A stretch of 64,000 nt of DNA from Myxococcota bacterium (GTDB taxonomy: Bacteria; Myxococcota_A; Polyangia; Nannocystales; Nannocystaceae): NCBI GenBank assembly GCA_039028615.1, contig JBCCHT010000009.1, forward strand, positions 128,001-192,000. Direction: 5' to 3'. Below the pieces are notes generated by a model. That model saw only the letters and a program-made list of their open reading frames with translations. It did not search any database and was not told the origin of the DNA. Below are positions 17,564-28,777 of the stretch, piece by piece. Each line of letters opens with the position of its first letter. The first letter of the stretch is position 1. Both the position numbers and the translations under genes were made by a program.

Positions 17564-18511
17564 TCAGGCCGCGCGAGCAGCCCGGAACGCCCGTGGGCTC
17601 TCGCCCGTGGCTCGCTTGAACGCTCGGCTGAACGCCGCCTCGCTCGCGTAGCCCACCGCGGCGGCCGTCTCGGCCAGGCTCGCCCCGTGCCGAAGATCGC
17701 GAGCGGCGACCTGCATGCGCCAGCGCGTGAGGTAGGCGGCCGGCGTCTCTCCGACCTTCTCCGTGAAGCGGTTGTACAACGCCGTGCGCGACATCCCGGC
17801 GCGGCGCGCCAGTGAACCGGCCGTCCATGCGGTGGCCGGCTCGGCGTGGATGAGCCCCAGCACCCGCGACAACTTCGGATCACCGAGCGCGCTGAGCCAC
17901 CCGATGCTATCGGCGGGCGCCTCGGCGATGAACCGACGCACGGCCTGCACGAAGAGCACGTCGGCGAGCCGAGCGACGACGGTCTCCGACCCGGGCTGGC
18001 CACCGCTCGTCTCGGCGCCGAGCAACCGCAGGGTGGCGTCGAGCCAGGCCGCGGCGGGGCCTTCGGCACACCGCACGTGCAGCAGCGGCGGCAGCTGGGG
18101 TCGCAGCATGGCGGCCGCTTCGGCGGTGAAGTGGAAGCTCCCACACAGGACCGAAGTGCGTGCTCCGTCGCCGCCGTGGGTGATGCAAGGCAGGCCGTCT
18201 TCGCCCGGCGGGGCGTCGAGGCTGGCGATGGGGGAGGGGACGATGGCGGGATCGGAGCTGAGCACGTGCGCGTCGCCGTGCGGCATGATCAGCACGTCGC
18301 CGCTGCGAAACGTGACCCGATCGTCGCCGCCGTGCACCCGGGCAAAGCCGGCGCCGCGCACCACGACATGGAAGATCGCGGGACGGTCGGGCCCGGGCTC
18401 GCCGCTGCCGCGCGTGGAGACCGACCAGGGCTCGCCCAGCTCGGCGCGGCTGAACACCGTCCCGCGGACGCCGGACCGATGGAGAAGCTCACTGAGTGGA
18501 TCTGGATGCAT
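17564..18511 (-). CDS. AraC family transcriptional regulator with cupin domain
   Basis: DPLSELL, FHVVVRG, PHGDAH, AGMSRT, YLTRWRM, VGYASEAAFSRAFKR. Confidence 0.93.
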   Translation of the reverse strand: MHPDPLSELLHRSGVRGTVFSRAELGEPWSVSTRGSGEPGPDRPAIFHVVVRGAGFARVHGGDDRVTFRSGDVLIMPHGDAHVLSSDPAIVPSPIASLDAPPGEDGLPCITHGGDGARTSVLCGSFHFTAEAAAMLRPQLPPLLHVRCAEGPAAAWLDATLRLLGAETSGGQPGSETVVARLADVLFVQAVRRFIAEAPADSIGWLSALGDPKLSRVLGLIHAEPATAWTAGSLARRAGMSRTALYNRFTEKVGETPAAYLTRWRMQVAARDLRHGASLAETAAAVGYASEAAFSRAFKRATGESPRAFRAARAA

Positions 18512-18628
18512 GATTGTGTACGAATGAGCAAGTAAATGGGACGTGAAATGATACCATCGTCCAGCGCTCGGGACTATTCCTATTGAGGCCGGCGATGGAC
18601 GCCGGCCCCGAAGACCCGGAGTAGACCG

Positions 18629-18907
18629 ATGACCCGCACCCTCGTTGCCACCGTCCTGAACTTCCTTTTTCCCGGCGCCGGCTACCTCGTCCTGGGCCAT
18701 CGCGTGCCCCTGGCATTGATGTGGCTGGTGGGCGTGATGGGGCTGACCTATGTGGAGCTCGGCATTCAGACGGCGGCGCCCTCGTACTACTGGCCCATGT
18801 TCGCGTCGGTGTTCCTCATGAACACCGCGTTTGCCATCGACGCCTATCGCGTGGGCAAGGCCAAGGCGCAGGAGCAGGCGGGGGGCATGGCCCTGCAAGC
18901 GGCCTGA
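18629..18907 (+). CDS. Small membrane protein divergent from AraC
   Basis: LNFLFPGAGY motif, three hydrophobic segments, GGAG RBS. Confidence 0.75.
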   Translation: MTRTLVATVLNFLFPGAGYLVLGHRVPLALMWLVGVMGLTYVELGIQTAAPSYYWPMFASVFLMNTAFAIDAYRVGKAKAQEQAGGMALQAA

Positions 18908-18928
18908 ACCGCCGTTATACTCCGCGAA

Positions 18929-19450
18929 GTGTCCGACCCAGCGCCGAAACCCGAGCGCCAGCCGAGGACCGCGGTGTACCCGGGGTCCTTCGATCCGATG
19001 ACCGTTGGCCACCTCGACATCCTCGAGCGTGCAGTCAAGATCTTCGACAAGGTGATCGTGGCGGTGGGTCAGCACCCGACCAAGCGCGGCTACTTCACGG
19101 TGGAAGAGCGCGTTCAGCTCATCCGCCGCAGCGCCGAGCACCTGGGCGACGGATTCGAGGCGGTCTCGTTCTCCGGGTTGGTCATCGACTTTTGTCGAGC
19201 GCGCGGCGCTCAGCTCATCGTTCGCGGCCTGCGAGCGGTCAGCGACTTCGAGCCGGAGTTCCAGATGGGCCTGGCCAACCGGGATCTGCACCCGGAGGTC
19301 GAGACGGTGTTCCTGATCCCGCGGCCCGACCGGATGTTCGTCAGCAGCTCGCTGGTGCGGGAGATCGCCAGCCACGGCGGCGACTACCAGCGCTACGTGA
19401 GCCCCGCCGTGGCCGAGGCCATGAAGGCCCGCAGCCACAAGGGTTCCTGA
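18929..19450 (+). CDS. coaD: Phosphopantetheine adenylyltransferase
   Basis: YPGSFDPMTVGHLDI, VRGLRAVSDFEPE, VSSSLVREIA. Confidence 0.97.
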   Translation: MSDPAPKPERQPRTAVYPGSFDPMTVGHLDILERAVKIFDKVIVAVGQHPTKRGYFTVEERVQLIRRSAEHLGDGFEAVSFSGLVIDFCRARGAQLIVRGLRAVSDFEPEFQMGLANRDLHPEVETVFLIPRPDRMFVSSSLVREIASHGGDYQRYVSPAVAEAMKARSHKGS

Positions 19451-19452
19451 GC

Positions 19453-20085
19453 GTGGCCAACAGCGACCCCAAAAAGGCCCTCGCGCATCGTCCCGGCTCC
19501 GACCTCGAGCCCTGGCGAGGGGACGACCACCTGGTGAAGGTCGAGGCCGCGGCCGAGGCCGGACTGCCGCGCAACGAGGCCGAGCTCGACCTGTACACCA
19601 AGGGGTTTTCGGCGGGCATGACCGTCGAGGACGACCACGACGGAGCGATCGTGGCCCGAGGCCGGACGGTGCTCTCGGATCGAGAGCTCCGCAAGAGCGT
19701 GCGGGCGCCGTTGCAGTACCTCGGCGTCGCGATGGATGCGGTGAAGGTTCGGGTGCACGACGGCGACTTCGAGCTGCGCGTGGCCAAGCATGCGGCCGAA
19801 GCCAGCCAGCCCGCGCTCGAGTCGGGCAAGGTGGCGCTCAAGCTGTGGTTCGGCTTCGGTTTACTCGGTCTTGCCTGCTACCAAATCCTCGCCATCCCAG
19901 CGGCGGCGGCCGTGTTGTGGGGGATCGGCTTGATGCTCGGCGGGTGGCAGCTGCGACAGGGCATGGCCAGCGGTCGCATGATGCTCGCCGGTCGGCTCGC
20001 GGTAGGCCTGGGTATGTTGGCCCAAGAAGAAAAGATCATCCTGCCCCCGGGTGACGCCCCGACCCTCGAGCTCGGCGGAGACTGA
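19453..20085 (+). CDS. Hypothetical membrane protein
   Basis: GTG start 2 bp after coaD; two C-terminal TM helices; coding-like codon bias. Confidence 0.7.
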   Translation: MANSDPKKALAHRPGSDLEPWRGDDHLVKVEAAAEAGLPRNEAELDLYTKGFSAGMTVEDDHDGAIVARGRTVLSDRELRKSVRAPLQYLGVAMDAVKVRVHDGDFELRVAKHAAEASQPALESGKVALKLWFGFGLLGLACYQILAIPAAAAVLWGIGLMLGGWQLRQGMASGRMMLAGRLAVGLGMLAQEEKIILPPGDAPTLELGGD

Positions 20086-20152
20086 CACTGACTCCACGTC
20101 GGGCGGTGATGATACCTTCGGGGCGCCAATGCGATCGAAGGGAGCTTCACGG

Positions 20153-21685
20153 ATGCACGACGTCGGGCAGGTGCGGAGATGGGGAAGGCCGGCTGCGCTC
20201 GCGGGCGCCATGATGGCCGCGCTGGCGGCTCCCCGCGCGGCGGAGGCCGGGGGCTTCTACGTGCCCGAGATCGGCCCCCGTGAGACGGCGATGGCCGGGG
20301 CCGCGGTGGCGCAATCCTCCGAGACCAGCACCGCCGCCATCTTCCACAACCCGGCGAACTTGGCTGGGCCCACGGGCACCCGCATCCAGGTCGCAGGCAG
20401 CATCTTTTTGCCCAACGTCGAGTTTTATCGGCGGCCGGTCGACGACCCGCTCAGCGGCGAGCGCATTCGCTTTGGTCGCACCCGCAACTCCAACCGCATC
20501 GGCGGCGCGCCCTACCTCGGGGTCGCGAGCGACTTCGGCGTGCCCAACTTGGCGGCCGGCGTCGCGGTGCACGTGCCCTTCGGCGCCCACCTGGTGTTCC
20601 CGCGCGACGGCGAGGGCCGCCACGTGGTCACCGAGGTCAACCTGCGCACCATCTACGTGACGCCGACGGTGGCCTACAAGCTCTTCGATCGGCTGAGCAT
20701 CGGCGTGGGCTTCAACTACATCTATGCCGACCTGTCGCTCGACCAGGTCAACGCGGCGCACTTCGTGACCGGGGACCCCGAGCTCATTCCGCAGCCCGAT
20801 CCCAGCCAGGAGGGCATCACCCAGCTGCGGGGGCGCGACGCGGCGAGCTTCGGGGCGAACATCGGCATCACGTACACCGACCCGGAGAACCGCTACGCGT
20901 TCGGGGCCAGCCTGATGACCCCGGGCAAGCTGCACTTCCGTGGTCCCGTGCAGGTCATCAACGGCGAGATCACGCCGCTGGTCGACGAGGAGGGCAACGA
21001 GCTACAGCCCGCCGGGGTCCGCAGCGACATGCAGACCACGACCTATCCGCTGCCGATGATCCTGCGGCTGGGCACGATGTTCCGTCCCCACGATCAGGTG
21101 ATGGTCGAGGTCGACTACAACTGGCAGCGCTGGAAGACCTTCGACCAGATCACCGCGCAGTTCGACAACAACTACGAGCTGCTACCCACCCCCGGGGCGT
21201 ACATGGCCGACGTGGTGCTCGAGCAGCACTGGACCAACAGCCACACGCTGCGCCTGGGCACCGAGTTCTCGCCGCTGCCGGTCGAGCGTCTGCCGCTGCG
21301 GTTGCGGGCGGGCGTGCTGCTCGACCAGAGCCCCATCCGCGACAAGTACTTCGACTTGCTCGCCCCCGACTCCGACAAGATCGGGCTGAGCGTCGGTGCG
21401 GGCTACACGTTCGCGGTGGGCGACAAGGTGAAGATCGACGCCGACCTGGGGTTCATGCACCTCATGTTCCGAGAGCGAAATATCGCTCCAGAGACGGTCG
21501 GAGCGCCGCTTTCCGGGAACGACGACGATGCGTCGCCGCTCAACGACTCGATGGACAACCCCTTCGGTCGCGAGGTGCCCGGCTCGAGCAAGACCATCTT
21601 GAACAAGCCCGCGCCGAGCTTCTTTCACGGGGTGACACGCGCGTTCTTCGACATCCTCGGCGTCGGGGTGACGGTGCGGCTATGA
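20153..21685 (+). CDS. FadL/OmpP1-family outer membrane transporter
   Basis: Signal peptide then GGFYVPE..AMAGA..AIFHNPANL, YVTPTVAYK, PDSD motifs. Confidence 0.88.
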   Translation: MHDVGQVRRWGRPAALAGAMMAALAAPRAAEAGGFYVPEIGPRETAMAGAAVAQSSETSTAAIFHNPANLAGPTGTRIQVAGSIFLPNVEFYRRPVDDPLSGERIRFGRTRNSNRIGGAPYLGVASDFGVPNLAAGVAVHVPFGAHLVFPRDGEGRHVVTEVNLRTIYVTPTVAYKLFDRLSIGVGFNYIYADLSLDQVNAAHFVTGDPELIPQPDPSQEGITQLRGRDAASFGANIGITYTDPENRYAFGASLMTPGKLHFRGPVQVINGEITPLVDEEGNELQPAGVRSDMQTTTYPLPMILRLGTMFRPHDQVMVEVDYNWQRWKTFDQITAQFDNNYELLPTPGAYMADVVLEQHWTNSHTLRLGTEFSPLPVERLPLRLRAGVLLDQSPIRDKYFDLLAPDSDKIGLSVGAGYTFAVGDKVKIDADLGFMHLMFRERNIAPETVGAPLSGNDDDASPLNDSMDNPFGREVPGSSKTILNKPAPSFFHGVTRAFFDILGVGVTVRL

Positions 21686-21845
21686 GCTGCGCACGAAGTC
21701 GGCCGGGGTACGGCGCGGACGCGGGGGCGCCCCGCGGCCGTAGCGATGGGCACGGTGCTGCGGTATCGTGGCTTGCACCGCGATGGATCGCCGCATCGGG
21801 CTCGGCCGGCGGAGGGCACGCAAACGGGTGGAGTGGAGGGAACCG

Positions 21846-22838
21846 ATGATTCGTCTTCGAATGCTGAGCACGGCCGCGTTGATCGTGGGTCTGGGTACGG
21901 GCTGTGGCTTTGGCGTCGACCCCTTCGCCGACGACATCGGTGGAGCCGGGGGTGACGAAGGCGATGCCGACGGCGGGGGCCCGGCCGATGGCACGACCTC
22001 CGGCGGCGGCGTCGACCCGATGGACGAGACCTCGGTGGGCGAAGGCTCGGCCGAAGGGTCCGAGGACGACGGGGCGACCGACGACGCGGGCGAGACGGGC
22101 ATGGCCGAGCCGCAGTGCGAGCCCACGCCCACGCGCATGGTCGTGCTGGGCGACAGCATCTTCGCGTGCTTCGGGGTCGGCGGGAAACAAAGCGCCGACT
22201 GCTCCGCGCTCCAGCTGCACAGCTACATCTCGGACACGGTGGGGCCGGTCAGCTACGAGAACCTCGCGGTCAACGGTGCCCGCACCACCGACGTCATCAA
22301 CAACCAGATCCCGGCGATGGAGGTCGGGATGCCGGGCCACGTGTTCGTGCTCGTCTTCATCGGCGGCAACGACCTGGCCGCGCACATCTTCTCGTCGGAC
22401 GACGCGGCCACCAACGCGTGGGAGAACACCACGGGGCCCGACGTCGCCAACCACTGGGAGAACATCTTCGCGTTCTTCGAGAACCCGGCGAACTTCCCCG
22501 ACGGGGTCACCGTGCTGATGAACACGCAGTACAACCCCTTCGACGATTGCACCGCGTCGCCCTATCCCACGGTGACGCCGGTCAAAAATGAAATTCTCGG
22601 AATGCACAATGTTGCGCTTACGGCCCGGGCCGACGCGCGCGACTATGTGTTCATCGCCGATCAACACGCGCCGTTCCTGGGGCACGGGCACCACTTCGAC
22701 AAGCCGGAGTGCCCCGGCTACATCGCGGGGGCGGAGAACTGGATGAACGATCTCATCCACCCCGACGCGGCCGGACACGCCAACATCGGGCAGGTGCTCA
22801 GCAACGCGGTCGACGGCATGTACGTCGACTGTGAGTGA
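21846..22838 (+). CDS. SGNH/GDSL hydrolase lipoprotein
   Basis: GGAGG RBS; lipobox GLGTGC; LGDS, GART, IGGND, DLIHP blocks. Confidence 0.88.
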   Translation: MIRLRMLSTAALIVGLGTGCGFGVDPFADDIGGAGGDEGDADGGGPADGTTSGGGVDPMDETSVGEGSAEGSEDDGATDDAGETGMAEPQCEPTPTRMVVLGDSIFACFGVGGKQSADCSALQLHSYISDTVGPVSYENLAVNGARTTDVINNQIPAMEVGMPGHVFVLVFIGGNDLAAHIFSSDDAATNAWENTTGPDVANHWENIFAFFENPANFPDGVTVLMNTQYNPFDDCTASPYPTVTPVKNEILGMHNVALTARADARDYVFIADQHAPFLGHGHHFDKPECPGYIAGAENWMNDLIHPDAAGHANIGQVLSNAVDGMYVDCE

Positions 22839-23132
22839 TCTTTGCCGCCGCGCCGCCTCGTAACGTTCGTTGCATTTGTCCCCCCGTTTCCGGGTGCGTT
22901 CGGGGCGCGCCGGTTGGCGCCCGCGTGTCCCGAAGTGGAGATGGCAGGAGGCCGGTGAGCGTCGTCGCACACTCGATGGGTCGCAGACCCGGACCCGTCG
23001 TGGCCGGCCCCCTTCGATCGCTGGTCCCGCGGGCGCGTCGCCTGAGCGAACGTGGCCGCGCTTACACGCTGAGCTTACGCACGCGGCCTCGATGGTCGGT
23101 CGAGGGGATGCGGTTTAGAGTCCCTGCGATCG

Positions 23133-23834
23133 ATGGCGGACTCGTCGGACATTCCGCGGCTCATCAGCGAGCTGTGCGATCAGTTCTATGGGCTGGGCTG
23201 GGTCTCGGGGACCGGCGGCGGCATCTCGATCCGTGGCGACGAAGGCATCTACATGGCGCCCTCCGGCGTCCAAAAAGAGCGCATCGCGCCCGACGACGTC
23301 TTCCTCCTGGATGGCTCAGAGCTGACGCAATGCCGGGTTGTCCGGCGTCCGGCCAGCAGCGCGCTACGGGTCAGCGAGTGTCAGCCGCTGTTCTACAACG
23401 CCTTCCGCATGCGGGGCGCGGGCGCGGTGATCCACAGCCACTCGATCTGGGCCATGCTCGCCACGCGCCTGTGCTCGCCGCAGGGCCGGGCCGGGGTGTT
23501 CGCGTGCGAGGGGCTCGAGATGCAGAAGGGACTGCGCGGCAAGGGCTGCTTCGAGCGCATCGAGGTCCCCATCATCGCCAATACCGCTCGCGAGTCCGAG
23601 CTCACCGAGTCGATGGCCGCGGCCATGGCAGCGCACCCGGATGTCGATGCGGTGCTCGTCGCGGGGCATGGTGTGTACGTGTGGGGCGAGACCTGGGTGA
23701 AGGCCAAGACCCAGGCGGAGTGCTACGACTACCTCTTCCGGGCCGTGGTCGAGGCGCACCGCCTCGGGATTCCACTGACCACCGCGAAGGCGACCGGGCC
23801 CACCTTGGCCCCGGCACAGGGAGCGAACCAATGA
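23133..23834 (+). CDS. mtnB: Methylthioribulose-1-phosphate dehydratase (APIP/Mde1-like)
   Basis: GWVSGTGGGIS, APSGVQKERI, AVIHSHS, HGVYVWG..W.KAKTQAECYDYLF. Confidence 0.95.
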   Translation: MADSSDIPRLISELCDQFYGLGWVSGTGGGISIRGDEGIYMAPSGVQKERIAPDDVFLLDGSELTQCRVVRRPASSALRVSECQPLFYNAFRMRGAGAVIHSHSIWAMLATRLCSPQGRAGVFACEGLEMQKGLRGKGCFERIEVPIIANTARESELTESMAAAMAAHPDVDAVLVAGHGVYVWGETWVKAKTQAECYDYLFRAVVEAHRLGIPLTTAKATGPTLAPAQGANQ

Positions 23835-24298
23835 TTCTCGAGTGGCTCGACGACAACGCGGGGCAGGCTCCGTGTACGCCCGATGACCTCAATGCCGCCG
23901 GCGTGCTGCACGAGCGCCTCGAGGTCGACCCCGTCGCCTATCAGCCGCCGCTCGATCGCCTCAAGGCCGAGCGCGGGTACGTCGAGCAAGACATCATCGA
24001 GCTCCGCCCCGACACGCCCAAGCTCGACGACCTGTGCGCCAAGTTTGCCCCCGAGCACCTGCATACCGACGACGAGGTGCGCTACGTGCTCGAGGGCGAG
24101 GGCATCTTCGACATTCGTTCCACCGATGACCGGTGGATGCGAGTCACGGTGCAGCAGGGCGACCTGCTCGTCGTGCCCGCCAACATCCACCATCGCTTCT
24201 TCCTGACCGATCGCAAGCAGATTCGCTGCGTACGGTTGTTCAAGGACAGCTCGGGTTGGGTGCCGCACTACCGCGAGCACGCACCCGATCCGGCCTGA
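23831..24298 (+). CDS. mtnD: Acireductone dioxygenase
   Basis: [36 protein letters not shown] overlap with mtnB. Confidence 0.93.
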   Translation: MILEWLDDNAGQAPCTPDDLNAAGVLHERLEVDPVAYQPPLDRLKAERGYVEQDIIELRPDTPKLDDLCAKFAPEHLHTDDEVRYVLEGEGIFDIRSTDDRWMRVTVQQGDLLVVPANIHHRFFLTDRKQIRCVRLFKDSSGWVPHYREHAPDPA

Positions 24299-24342
24299 CC
24301 CACGCCTTCATCTGCGAAGGACCACACCGAGGAATTTCTTCC

Positions 24343-25668
<1,326 letters not shown>

Positions 25669-25807
25669 TTCTCTGTTCGCCATCGGCGAACGCATCGACG
25701 CCCGCGTGCTTCCTCGGAAGCCGCGGGCGTCTTCGTGGTTGCAGTCTTTGCAAACGGCGCAATCGCAAGCCAATTGCAAAAGAATGGCGTTCGAGTACCC
25801 TGCGCCA

Positions 25808-28144
25808 ATGTCCCTTGGAGGTCTCGCTGCGGCGCTCTCGCTGAGTTCCGTGTTGCTGGTCGGCGGAGCCCCGTCCGCTTCTTCCGACCCCTTTCGTCAG
25901 CTCGAGGAGATCCTGCCCACTCCCACCACGACGCGCACGGGCTCGGGCGCGCCGGGTCACGAGTACTGGCAGCAGGAAGTCGACTACCGCATCGAAGTCT
26001 CGATCGATGACAAAGATCATCGGCTCCATGGTCGAGAGCGGGTTCGCTACCAGAACAACTCGCCCGACACGCTGGAGTACCTGTGGCTGCAGCTCGACGC
26101 GAACGTCTACAGCCCCACGGCGGGTCGAGCCAGCACGGCCACCGCTCCGACCTTCGATCGGGTCCCGTACCGCGCCTTGGGCTACCTGGTCGCGGGCCGG
26201 ACCTTCGATGGCTCGGTCGAGCTGTCCGAGGTCGTCGATCGACGCGGCCGCTCGCTCGACTACACGGTGTCCGGCACGATGATGCGGATCGATCTGCCCA
26301 AGCCGCTCAAGCCCAAGGGCAGCTTCGTGTTCGAGATCGAGTGGTCCTACGCGATCAACGACAGCGAGCTCGTACCGGGGCGCACCGGGTTCGAGCGCTT
26401 CGATGATGGCAACATCATCTACGAGATCGCGCAGTGGTTCCCCCGGCTGGCCGCCTACGAGGACGTCAACGGCTGGCAGAACAAGCAGTTCCTGGGCGGG
26501 GGAGAGTTCACGCTGGAGTTCGGCGACTACGACGTGTCGATCACCATGCCCGACGACTACGTGGTCGCGGCGACGGGTGAGCTACAAAATGCGCGGTCCG
26601 TGCTCTCGGCGAGCCAGCGCGAGCGGCTAGAGGACGCCGAGGAGGCGGACGCGCCCGTGTTCATCGTCAACCCCGCCGAGGCCGAGGCCAACCAGGCCGC
26701 GACGCCTTCCAAAGGCACGAAGAGCTGGCGCTTCAAGGCCGAGGACGTGCGGGACTTCGCGTTCGCGGCGTCGCGGAAGTTCATCTGGGACGCGCAGCAG
26801 GTGGAGGTCGGCGGCAAGCCGGTCTGGGCCATGTCGTACTACCCGCTCGAGGGCGAGCCCCTGTGGAGCAAGTACTCGACCAAGGCCATCATCCACACGC
26901 TGAACGTCTACGGGCGCTACGCCTTCGACTACCCCTATCCGGTCGCGATCTCGGTCAACGGCCCCGTCGGGGGCATGGAGTACCCGATGATCTGCTTCAA
27001 CGGGCCTCGCCCCGAGGAGGACGGGACCTACGACAAACGGACGAAGTACGGCCTCATCTCGGTGATCATCCACGAGGTTGGCCACAACTTCTTCCCCATG
27101 ATCGTCAACAGCGACGAGCGCCAGTGGACCTGGATGGACGAGGGGCTCAACACCTTCCTCCAGTACCGAGCCGAGCAGGAGTGGGAGGCGGGCTATCCGT
27201 CACGGCGGGGCGAGCCGCGGAAGATCGTCGAGTACATGCTCAGCGAGGAGCAGGTGCCGATCATGACGAACTCGGACTCGCTGCTTCAGTTCGGCAACAA
27301 CGCCTATGCCAAGCCCGCCACCGCGCTCAACATCCTGCGCGAGACGGTCATGGGGCGGGAGCTGTTCGACTATGCGTTTCGGCGCTACGCCCAGCGCTGG
27401 AAGTTCCGGCGCCCGATGCCCTCGGACTTCTTTCGCACCATGGAGGACGCCTCGGCCATCGACCTCGACTGGTTCTGGCGCGGGTGGTTTTACACGACCG
27501 ATCACGTCGACATCGCGATTCGGTCCGTGCGGGAGTATGTCCCCGACCCGGGCGGGCCCGTGGCGGACAAGAACGCCGAGCGCGAGCTTCGGGACGCGAC
27601 GCCCAAGAGCCTCTCGGAGCAGCGAGACGAGGCGCTGCCCAAGGTGGCCGATGAAGACAAGGACATCCTGGACTTCTACAACTCGTTCGACGAGCTCGAC
27701 CTCACCGCGGCGGACGAGCAGGCGGACGCGAAGCAGCGAGAGGCGCTGACCCCGGAGGAGCGCGCGCTGCTGGACCTCGAGGCGCACTACTTCGTGATCG
27801 AGCTGGACAATGTCGGGGGCCTGGTGATGCCGGTCATTCTCGACCTTCGATTCGAGAGCGGGGCCCGACGCGAGGTTCGGATCCCGGCCGAGGTGTGGCG
27901 CAGGAACTCGCAGCGGATCGGCAAGCTGCTCATCGTCGACGAGCCCATCGTCTCCGTGACCGTCGATCCCCACCTCGAGACCGCCGATGCCGACCTGAAC
28001 AACAACCATTGGCCGCCCAAGCCGCAAAAGAGCCGGTTCCAGATCTACAAGGACGAAAAGAAGAAGAACCCCATGCAGGAGGCGGGGCTCGGCAAGCCGG
28101 TGGAGGCCAAGGAGACCAAGGCGACCCAGGAGCAGGCCCGATGA
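25808..28144 (+). CDS. Secreted M1 family zinc metallopeptidase
   Basis: Signal peptide; GGMEYP, HEVGH, WMDEG, NAYAKP; start could be 25784. Confidence 0.93.
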   Translation: MSLGGLAAALSLSSVLLVGGAPSASSDPFRQLEEILPTPTTTRTGSGAPGHEYWQQEVDYRIEVSIDDKDHRLHGRERVRYQNNSPDTLEYLWLQLDANVYSPTAGRASTATAPTFDRVPYRALGYLVAGRTFDGSVELSEVVDRRGRSLDYTVSGTMMRIDLPKPLKPKGSFVFEIEWSYAINDSELVPGRTGFERFDDGNIIYEIAQWFPRLAAYEDVNGWQNKQFLGGGEFTLEFGDYDVSITMPDDYVVAATGELQNARSVLSASQRERLEDAEEADAPVFIVNPAEAEANQAATPSKGTKSWRFKAEDVRDFAFAASRKFIWDAQQVEVGGKPVWAMSYYPLEGEPLWSKYSTKAIIHTLNVYGRYAFDYPYPVAISVNGPVGGMEYPMICFNGPRPEEDGTYDKRTKYGLISVIIHEVGHNFFPMIVNSDERQWTWMDEGLNTFLQYRAEQEWEAGYPSRRGEPRKIVEYMLSEEQVPIMTNSDSLLQFGNNAYAKPATALNILRETVMGRELFDYAFRRYAQRWKFRRPMPSDFFRTMEDASAIDLDWFWRGWFYTTDHVDIAIRSVREYVPDPGGPVADKNAERELRDATPKSLSEQRDEALPKVADEDKDILDFYNSFDELDLTAADEQADAKQREALTPEERALLDLEAHYFVIELDNVGGLVMPVILDLRFESGARREVRIPAEVWRRNSQRIGKLLIVDEPIVSVTVDPHLETADADLNNNHWPPKPQKSRFQIYKDEKKKNPMQEAGLGKPVEAKETKATQEQAR

Positions 28145-28620
28145 TCGGCCGTCGAGCGCTGCTCGCTGGCCTGGCCGGAGCGCTGGTGGCCCGAAGCGCC
28201 GGGGCGCATCCCTATCACGTGAGCACGGCCGAGGCCTGGGTCCGGGATGGCCGGCTCGAGGTCGCGCTGAAGGTCTCGCCCGAAGATCTCCAAGAGGCCC
28301 TGCGCCGAGCCGCGGGCAAGAAGGTCGACATCGACGGCGACATCTCGGCCCTCATCCGGGCCTACCTGCGGAAGCACTTCACCGTGCGCGGCCCGGACGG
28401 ACTCGTGCCGATGAAGTGGGTGGGCAGTGAGGTCGAGGTGGAGACCGCGTGGCTGTACTTCGAATACGAGACGCCCGGCTCGGCCAAGGGCTATGCGCTG
28501 TACAGCGGGGTGTTCTTCGACATCGCCCCCGCGCAGGTCAACCGGGTCCTGGTTCACCACGGTACGGCCTCGCGAACCCTTCGCTTTCGCCCTGGCGACC
28601 GACCCCGCCGCCTGGGCTAG
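28141..28620 (+). CDS. DUF6702-like exported protein
   Basis: ATGA overlap with the peptidase; GRRALL signal; mature N-terminus HPYHVS; WLYFE and QVN motifs. Confidence 0.75.
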   Translation: MIGRRALLAGLAGALVARSAGAHPYHVSTAEAWVRDGRLEVALKVSPEDLQEALRRAAGKKVDIDGDISALIRAYLRKHFTVRGPDGLVPMKWVGSEVEVETAWLYFEYETPGSAKGYALYSGVFFDIAPAQVNRVLVHHGTASRTLRFRPGDRPRRLG

Positions 28621-28704
28621 CCGAGGCGGCAACGCGGGCGACTTCGCCCCGTGCGCAGGCTCGATCCGCCGTTTCGAGCCCGTCGGAGAGAAAATTCATG
28701 GAGG

Positions 28705-28731
28705 TGTAAGAAACGAGGGGGGGCGTGCGTC
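28705..28731 (+). promoter_or_regulatory. ECF sigma-type promoter candidate TGTAAG-N17-CGTC
   Basis: TGTAAG 28705-28710, 17-nt spacer, CGTC 28728-28731, 46 bp upstream of the metallothionein-like start. Confidence 0.55.
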
Positions 28732-28777
28732 AGCACGAGCACGAAGGGCCGGGATGGCCCAAAACCGAGGAAACCCC

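Noticed and set aside
17564..19438. 624-aa ORF suggesting an extended AraC fusion
   Set aside because: The N-terminal half is antisense to coaD and the small membrane gene; the AraC begins at 18511
22839..23132. Possible SAM or SAH riboswitch upstream of mtnB-mtnD-ahcY
   Set aside because: Long leader in a plausible place, but I could not find SAM-I/II or SAH consensus elements by eye; an Infernal/Rfam scan would settle it
22835..24298. 487-aa ORF suggesting a long MtnD fusion
   Set aside because: The upstream part is an alternative frame over mtnB; the real start is ATG 23831 with RBS and ATGA coupling
25675..25691. Hairpin GTTCGCC-ATC-GGCGAAC after ahcY as a terminator
   Set aside because: Short stem and no U tract; insufficient support
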